Shown: in pieces, positions 8,720 through 13,699 of the stretch | How positions within the stretch are numbered: the stretch's first letter is position 1 | Layout: every line of letters begins with the position of its first letter | From: Zygophlyctis sp. KS116 | Taxonomy: Eukaryota; Fungi; Chytridiomycota | Reading direction: 5' to 3' | Assembly (NCBI GenBank): GCA_054661495.1 | Contig: BAAFSQ010000267.1 | Coordinates: forward strand, 1 to 13,699 | DNA length: 13,699 nucleotides | Program-made: the position numbers and the translations under genes | Notes under the pieces: generated by a model | What the model was told of the DNA's origin: nothing | The model's input: only the letters and a program-made list of their open reading frames with translations | The model's database searches: none

Positions 8720-8966
8720 TATAACAATTAACGGTTGTTGGCCTTATAATATTTAATAGAGAGATAAACTTAGAGAAATAAACTTAGAATTAGAACTTGA
8801 CTTTTATTCTACCTTAGAATTAGAACTTGACTTTTATTCTACCTTAGAATTAGAACTTGACTTTTAATTCCTCTAACCTGCGCGAAGCGTGTTTTGGCCA
8901 TTAAAAGTCAGTCGGAGTTTCAAATTTGATCTGTCTCGATCAGCCACTATATCTGAGCTTGCTACA
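8720..8966 (-). repeat. 3' LTR (~247 bp; TGTAGCAA...TTGTTATA)
   Basis: Begins TG directly after the PPT; 8720-8854 is identical to 13565-13699. Identity extends 3 nt further (8717/13562), so the outer boundary is uncertain by 3 nt. Confidence 0.88.
8783..8866. repeat. 30-bp tandem repeat (~2.8 copies) inside the LTR
   Basis: Unit cttagaattagaacttgacttttattctac; carries AATAAA on the minus strand; also present in the 5' LTR. Confidence 0.93.
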
Positions 8967-11653
8967 CCCCCCTTGGTTGAGAGATACTGATCTATAGCTT
9001 CCTGGCAATGTGTGAGATCTGCAGCGAAAAGCCATTGCGCAGCGTCTGAATGAAGTCCTTTGAAATGAACGAGATATTGGAGATGTTTCCGCCAAATACG
9101 ATGATCGGAGATGCGATCTACTTCATATTCCTCTTGGCCATCAATTATCTCGGGAGAAGGAATGACCTGATTGGATCGAGGATAGTACTTCTTTAATTTA
9201 GATACCGAGAAAACATTGTGAATCTTTGAAGTCACTGGGAGTTCGAGAGTAACGTTTAAACCTTCTACAGATAAGACTTTAAAAGGGCCAAGCCATGGGG
9301 ATAATAGTTTTTTGGAGCTTTGGGAAGAAGCTTCCCAATTAATTCCTTCACGAGACAGTAGAGCTAAATCTCCAGCTTCCAAGTGTGAGGGAGAACGATT
9401 GCGATTATAGAGTCTGGCCTGTCTTTCCTGGGCCTTGTGAATTGACAAAGTAGCCTGTTCGAGAAGATTAGCCCAATCAGGAGGCAGATTTTCAAGATTC
9501 TGGGTAGTTAACGAACTGGGATGCTGTCCATAGACCAGATAGAAGGGGGTGAAGCTTGTACTGAGACTAATAGAGTCATTTACAATAAATTCAACAGTGG
9601 AAAGAACTTCAAGCCACTTTGTTTGGGCCAATTTTTGAGATTCTAATAACATCATTAGCTTATTTTTTACTGTGCGAATTGTTCTCTCCACTTGCCCATT
9701 GGTCTGTTGGTGGCGAGCTGTTGCTAGATTTCGTTTGATATTTAATTCTAAGCATATTTTTTCCCAAAACTTGCTGGTTAACTTAGAATCCCGGTCAGAA
9801 ATAATGATAGAAGGCAGCCCAAATCCCAAGTCATGCCAAAAGGTTTTAAAAAGACTAGCAATCTCCGCAGACGAGTTTTTCGAAGTACAAGGTATCAATT
9901 TGACGTATTTAGTGAGATAATCCACAATGATCATGACACAGTCATGGCCATCTCGAGCTTTAGGGAGAAAGAACCAATCCACACCAATACAACTAAATCT
10001 CTGGGAAGGCACTGGAATAGACTGAAGCAAACCTGGTGGCTTAGTGCTAAGACCTTTATACCGTTGGCAAATGTCACAAGTCTTAACATATCGAGTAACT
10101 GAGGCTTTTAGGTTGGGCCACGAATAATATCGAGCTATACTTTTAGTGGTAGCTTCAATCCCCTGATGTCCCCTATCATGAAAAGAGGCGACCATATGTT
10201 CTTGAGCTTTAGTCTCATTGGTGAGATCAATAATACAAATCTCTCCGCTTCCATCTCTTGACACTGTATAACAATCTCCAGCTGATACTTCTGATTTAAA
10301 ATCAAGGATTCGTTTTTGACAATCATGGCATTTAGGAGCTAAACTTGGTTGCCGGCTTAGATAATCTGCCACATTATTAAATTTTCCTGGAAGGTATTCT
10401 ATTTTAAGATTAAATTCTTGTAGTTTCATTACCCAGCGGACTTGTCTACTTGATAACAAAGGCTGAGATTGCAACCATACTAGGGGCTTATGGTCTGTTT
10501 TTATAATTGCACCTTGGCTTAGATACACGCCATGATGATCTATCATGGTGACTATAGCTAATAATTCCTGCTCATGTACGGGATACTTCAGCTCATGATC
10601 ATTCATCTTCCTTGAATAAAAAACAATGGGCTGGATCCCTTTATCTGTCTCTTGTCCAATCCATCCGCCTACAGCGAAATTTGAAGCATCGGTGTATAAG
10701 AATGTTTGTTGATCTGGATCGAAATGTTTTAGTACTGGTGCAGAATGTAAAGCCTTGATGATGGATACATATGAGTCATTTTCTCGCGAGGTCCACTTCC
10801 ATATTGAAGTTTTTCGAGTTAAATCAGATAAAGGTTGAGCTATTTCTGCACACATGGGTATAAAATCACGAAACCAATTGACTAATCCTAAAAACCTTTG
10901 AACTTCTTTAGCATTTGCCGGAGGATCCCGATCTATAGCAGGTAATTTGTCTACATTTAACCCAAAGCCTTTTGTTGATAATATGTGACCACAAAATCGT
11001 ACAGAAGAAGCTAGAAACCTACATTTTTCTCTTTTTAAATATAATTTGTGTTCTCGCAGTAATAGAAACAGCTTTTCCAGATATAATAAATGAGTCTGGA
11101 CGTCCGGTGAATAGACTAGAAGATCATCGAGGTATATCAAAAGCCATAAATCATAATATAAACCGAAAATCCTGTTCATCGTGGCTTGCATAGTCGCAGG
11201 TGAATTTGTTAATCCCATTGGCAATACATTGAATTCAAAATGTCCATATCGCGTCCGAAAAGCTGTTTTATATCTATCTTCTTCCTTGACTAAGATATTA
11301 TAAAACCCATCTCTGAGATCCATTGAGCTAAATACTCTACCATTACGTACTCGATCTCGCAGCTCATTCAAATTGGGTAGTGGGGCCTTATTTTTGACAG
11401 TAATTGAATTCAAATTTCGATAGTCTACGCACAGTCGGTATGTGCCATCTGGTTTAACTGCGAATAATACCATCGCTCCAAAGGGGCTCATGCTTGGGCG
11501 AATAAAGCCCTTTTCTAATAATTCATTAATCGTTGTTTTTAATACAGCCAATTTTTCTTCAGACAGCCGTCCGATTCCTTTTACTGGGGGGATACTAGAT
11601 CCAGGGAGAAGCTTAATTTCGTGGTCCTCCTCGCGAGAGGGGGGGGGGAACAT
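8873..11653 (-). CDS. pol: Pol: reverse transcriptase, RNase H, integrase, chromodomain
   Basis: RLCVDYRNLN, LPMGLTNSP, YLDD (11123-11134), TDAS, TDHKPL, HDRGH..CDIC, VDW/SDRD/GQVER (DDE), GPF, chromodomain EYEVDRI..YLVHFKG (~8982-9133); 926 codons without a stop. Confidence 0.95.
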   Translation of the reverse strand: MFPPPSREEDHEIKLLPGSSIPPVKGIGRLSEEKLAVLKTTINELLEKGFIRPSMSPFGAMVLFAVKPDGTYRLCVDYRNLNSITVKNKAPLPNLNELRDRVRNGRVFSSMDLRDGFYNILVKEEDRYKTAFRTRYGHFEFNVLPMGLTNSPATMQATMNRIFGLYYDLWLLIYLDDLLVYSPDVQTHLLYLEKLFLLLREHKLYLKREKCRFLASSVRFCGHILSTKGFGLNVDKLPAIDRDPPANAKEVQRFLGLVNWFRDFIPMCAEIAQPLSDLTRKTSIWKWTSRENDSYVSIIKALHSAPVLKHFDPDQQTFLYTDASNFAVGGWIGQETDKGIQPIVFYSRKMNDHELKYPVHEQELLAIVTMIDHHGVYLSQGAIIKTDHKPLVWLQSQPLLSSRQVRWVMKLQEFNLKIEYLPGKFNNVADYLSRQPSLAPKCHDCQKRILDFKSEVSAGDCYTVSRDGSGEICIIDLTNETKAQEHMVASFHDRGHQGIEATTKSIARYYSWPNLKASVTRYVKTCDICQRYKGLSTKPPGLLQSIPVPSQRFSCIGVDWFFLPKARDGHDCVMIIVDYLTKYVKLIPCTSKNSSAEIASLFKTFWHDLGFGLPSIIISDRDSKLTSKFWEKICLELNIKRNLATARHQQTNGQVERTIRTVKNKLMMLLESQKLAQTKWLEVLSTVEFIVNDSISLSTSFTPFYLVYGQHPSSLTTQNLENLPPDWANLLEQATLSIHKAQERQARLYNRNRSPSHLEAGDLALLSREGINWEASSQSSKKLLSPWLGPFKVLSVEGLNVTLELPVTSKIHNVFSVSKLKKYYPRSNQVIPSPEIIDGQEEYEVDRISDHRIWRKHLQYLVHFKGLHSDAAQWLFAADLTHCQEAIDQYLSTKGGVASSDIVADRDRSNLKLRLTFNGQNTLRAG
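8967..8974 (-). other. Polypurine tract
   Basis: AAGGGGGG immediately before TGTAGC on the minus strand. Confidence 0.8.
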
Positions 11654-13532
11654 TCGGCTTCTTGAAAATATCCTTGAATTCCACTAGTAATTTTTTTAAA
11701 TCTGGGTTTTCAGGCTCTGATTCTTCCACGTTTTTACAAGACAGTGGGTCAATTGAACATATTCCCCAGAATTCAAAATCATCTCTTTCAAACCCCTCGT
11801 CGAATTCCATAGAGGATAGAAGTAAAGAACTGTCATCCTGATTTTGATTTGCGATACCTCGTAAAGTATGCGTACTTTCACCGTCAAAGAAAGTTAATAT
11901 TCGAGAATTCCAATCAATTCTTGTAATCATGACAGCAGAAATCCAAGGCATTCCTAATATAATTGGTATGTGAATGTCAACTACTACAAATTCCATTTTT
12001 TGTGAATATGATCCTTGTGTCAAATGTAACGTAACAACATGATTAGTTTCTGCAGTATTCCCATTGCCAAATTTAACCTTAATTTTACTTCCTTTGAGCA
12101 ATCTTATTTTATGGGCTTTAACTAAATTTGAACTAATGACATTAAGTGCAGCTCCGGTATCGATTAAAATCGGGATTTCTGAGCTTAATTCCTGACAAAA
12201 CATTTTAAAAGAAAAACGATGGACTGCTGAAGCCGGTATGGCTATAATGGCTGGTTTAGAAAATAAAGAGCTTAATTCAGAAGTAGTATTATTCTTTACA
12301 ATCTCATTCTTAAGTGCAGGATTAACTATAGGGTGAGATTGTAAAGAAGCATACTCTGAATCAGAGGCTGAGGCAATACCCAACGAAGCTATATCTAATA
12401 AAAGACACTCCTGAGACTTAGACTTAGCATTACATCCATGTCGACAGTTTTCCTTGTGTTTTTGATATTTTGTTGAGTCAAAGGGCCCTTTGTAGGATCT
12501 TCGGCAGCCAAAGTAGATGCAATTTTTTTCCAGTAATTTCCTATCAAGTCTTTTTTCACGAGTAGGACCATTAATTGAAGGAAATCTTCCATTTTCTTTT
12601 GTACATAAAAACATCAATCTATCTCGGATTGATTCCTCGTCATTAAGATCCACTATAGACAAGTCCATAGGGTCTCCAGAAGTATCAGCAGTCCTTTGAA
12701 CTAACTTAAAAGCTTTTTCGCGATATCCTTCCCCATCTACGGTAATAATTAGGTATTCTTCGACATATTTAACTAAAGCTTCTTCGTAACGACTTAGTAA
12801 TTCATAATCAGTTGGCGTCATTGCTTCCATTTTACTTTTAAAGTTGATAGAAGGATCTGCAAAATTGGCTCGAACGAAGCTTTTGTTCTTCAAAATGAAA
12901 CCGTCCATAAACTTCTGATAAAGATCCTGGGCAGTAAATCCAGTTTCCAGCTGGTATCCCTGAAAAGCATAATAATACTGACGAATGTTTTTCAAAGAAG
13001 TTCCATTTCTTACTATGGAGTCTAATTCCCTAATGGCTTCAAGTCGGGGATTCACCCCCTGAAACACTACATCTAATTCAGCGAGAATCTCATCAATGGA
13101 CAAGTGATTTAGCTTTCTAGAATTCAGGTACTTGAGAAAGTCTCCCGTGGCTAAAGAATACAGAAATTGGTACTCCATTCCCTTATATGGAGAATTAGTC
13201 CGAGAAAGTTCATTTTTTAGCTTGTTTTTAAAATCTCTCCATGAAGTCCCTCGAGTGCCATCATAACGAGGAACTTCCAAAGGTCTGCTATTCCCTTTGC
13301 TACCTAGAGAAGTTTTAAGGGTAGTCTCCACTGTCGCCTGAATCGCGGAGAGCAAAAGGGAATTATTATTTGTTTCACTTCTGCGAAACGCGTCATTTTC
13401 TTCTTTGAGACGATCCAACAGAAGTTGTTGATCTCCCATATGTTGTGATAACATTTCATTTTGGGCAGCCAGAATTTGAAGCTGGGCTTGAATCTGGACA
13501 TATTTGGAATCAGTCTCCATAGGTATATCCAT
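11613..13532 (-). CDS. gag: Gag plus aspartic protease
   Basis: N-terminal coiled-coil-like segment, VPRYDG, GDPMDL, Cys/His cluster, ILIDTGA (DTG 12153-12161), IILGMPW, LLVEFKDIF. Confidence 0.9.
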   Translation of the reverse strand: MDIPMETDSKYVQIQAQLQILAAQNEMLSQHMGDQQLLLDRLKEENDAFRRSETNNNSLLLSAIQATVETTLKTSLGSKGNSRPLEVPRYDGTRGTSWRDFKNKLKNELSRTNSPYKGMEYQFLYSLATGDFLKYLNSRKLNHLSIDEILAELDVVFQGVNPRLEAIRELDSIVRNGTSLKNIRQYYYAFQGYQLETGFTAQDLYQKFMDGFILKNKSFVRANFADPSINFKSKMEAMTPTDYELLSRYEEALVKYVEEYLIITVDGEGYREKAFKLVQRTADTSGDPMDLSIVDLNDEESIRDRLMFLCTKENGRFPSINGPTREKRLDRKLLEKNCIYFGCRRSYKGPFDSTKYQKHKENCRHGCNAKSKSQECLLLDIASLGIASASDSEYASLQSHPIVNPALKNEIVKNNTTSELSSLFSKPAIIAIPASAVHRFSFKMFCQELSSEIPILIDTGAALNVISSNLVKAHKIRLLKGSKIKVKFGNGNTAETNHVVTLHLTQGSYSQKMEFVVVDIHIPIILGMPWISAVMITRIDWNSRILTFFDGESTHTLRGIANQNQDDSSLLLSSMEFDEGFERDDFEFWGICSIDPLSCKNVEESEPENPDLKKLLVEFKDIFKKPNVPPPLSRGGPRN

Positions 13533-13556
13533 TTAGCATAATTATTAAGAATAAAG

Positions 13557-13566
13557 AGAGGAATTA
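13557..13566 (-). other. Putative self-priming primer-binding site
   Basis: Minus-strand TAATTCCTCT at the LTR/internal junction is the exact complement of AGAGGAATTA in the LTR (8865-8874 in the 3' copy); no TGG-type tRNA PBS present. Confidence 0.6.
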
Positions 13567-13699
13567 TAACAATTAACGGTTGTTGGCCTTATAATATTTA
13601 ATAGAGAGATAAACTTAGAGAAATAAACTTAGAATTAGAACTTGACTTTTATTCTACCTTAGAATTAGAACTTGACTTTTATTCTACCTTAGAATTAGA
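13565..13699 (-). repeat. 5' LTR (partial)
   Basis: 135/135 identity to 8720-8854 by eye. Confidence 0.92.

Larger units (their letters stand above)
8720..13699 (-). mobile_element. Ty3/Gypsy chromovirus LTR retrotransposon, near-intact; 5' LTR cut by the window edge
   Basis: Domain order gag-PR-RT-RH-IN-chromodomain, paired LTRs and a PPT. Confidence 0.96.

Noticed and set aside
8783-8866. 30-bp repeats as a CRISPR array
   Set aside because: Head-to-tail repeats without spacers, inside an LTR, in a eukaryotic context.

Overview
Eukaryotic, AT-rich window (probably fungal or early-diverging lineage) made almost entirely of nested transposable elements; no ordinary host gene is evident. Left to right: (1) a Mutator/MULE-like transposase remnant (+) split by a 5'-truncated, poly(A)-tailed LINE (-, 99-3498) with RT, RNase H, a CCHC finger and a repeated KIKL-like tail; (2) two divergent, decayed Crypton-type (Ndc10-like) tyrosine-recombinase genes in tandem (-; A ~6180-8014, B 4060-6058 with a GCR1_C-like domain). 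They carry 26-29 nt GT-AG micro-introns and are bracketed by a 22-bp imperfect inverted repeat (3907-3928/8222-8243). B's catalytic core is replaced by a 311-bp inverted copy of A's core; (3) an old integrase GPF+chromodomain fragment (8245-8665); (4) a young Ty3/Gypsy chromovirus (-, 8720 to beyond the window end) with identical LTR sequence where comparable, a TG...TA terminus, a putative Tf1-like self-priming site, and gag-PR and RT-RH-IN-chromo frames separated by one extra base in a C10 run. All family assignments come from manual translation and motif recognition, not database searches.
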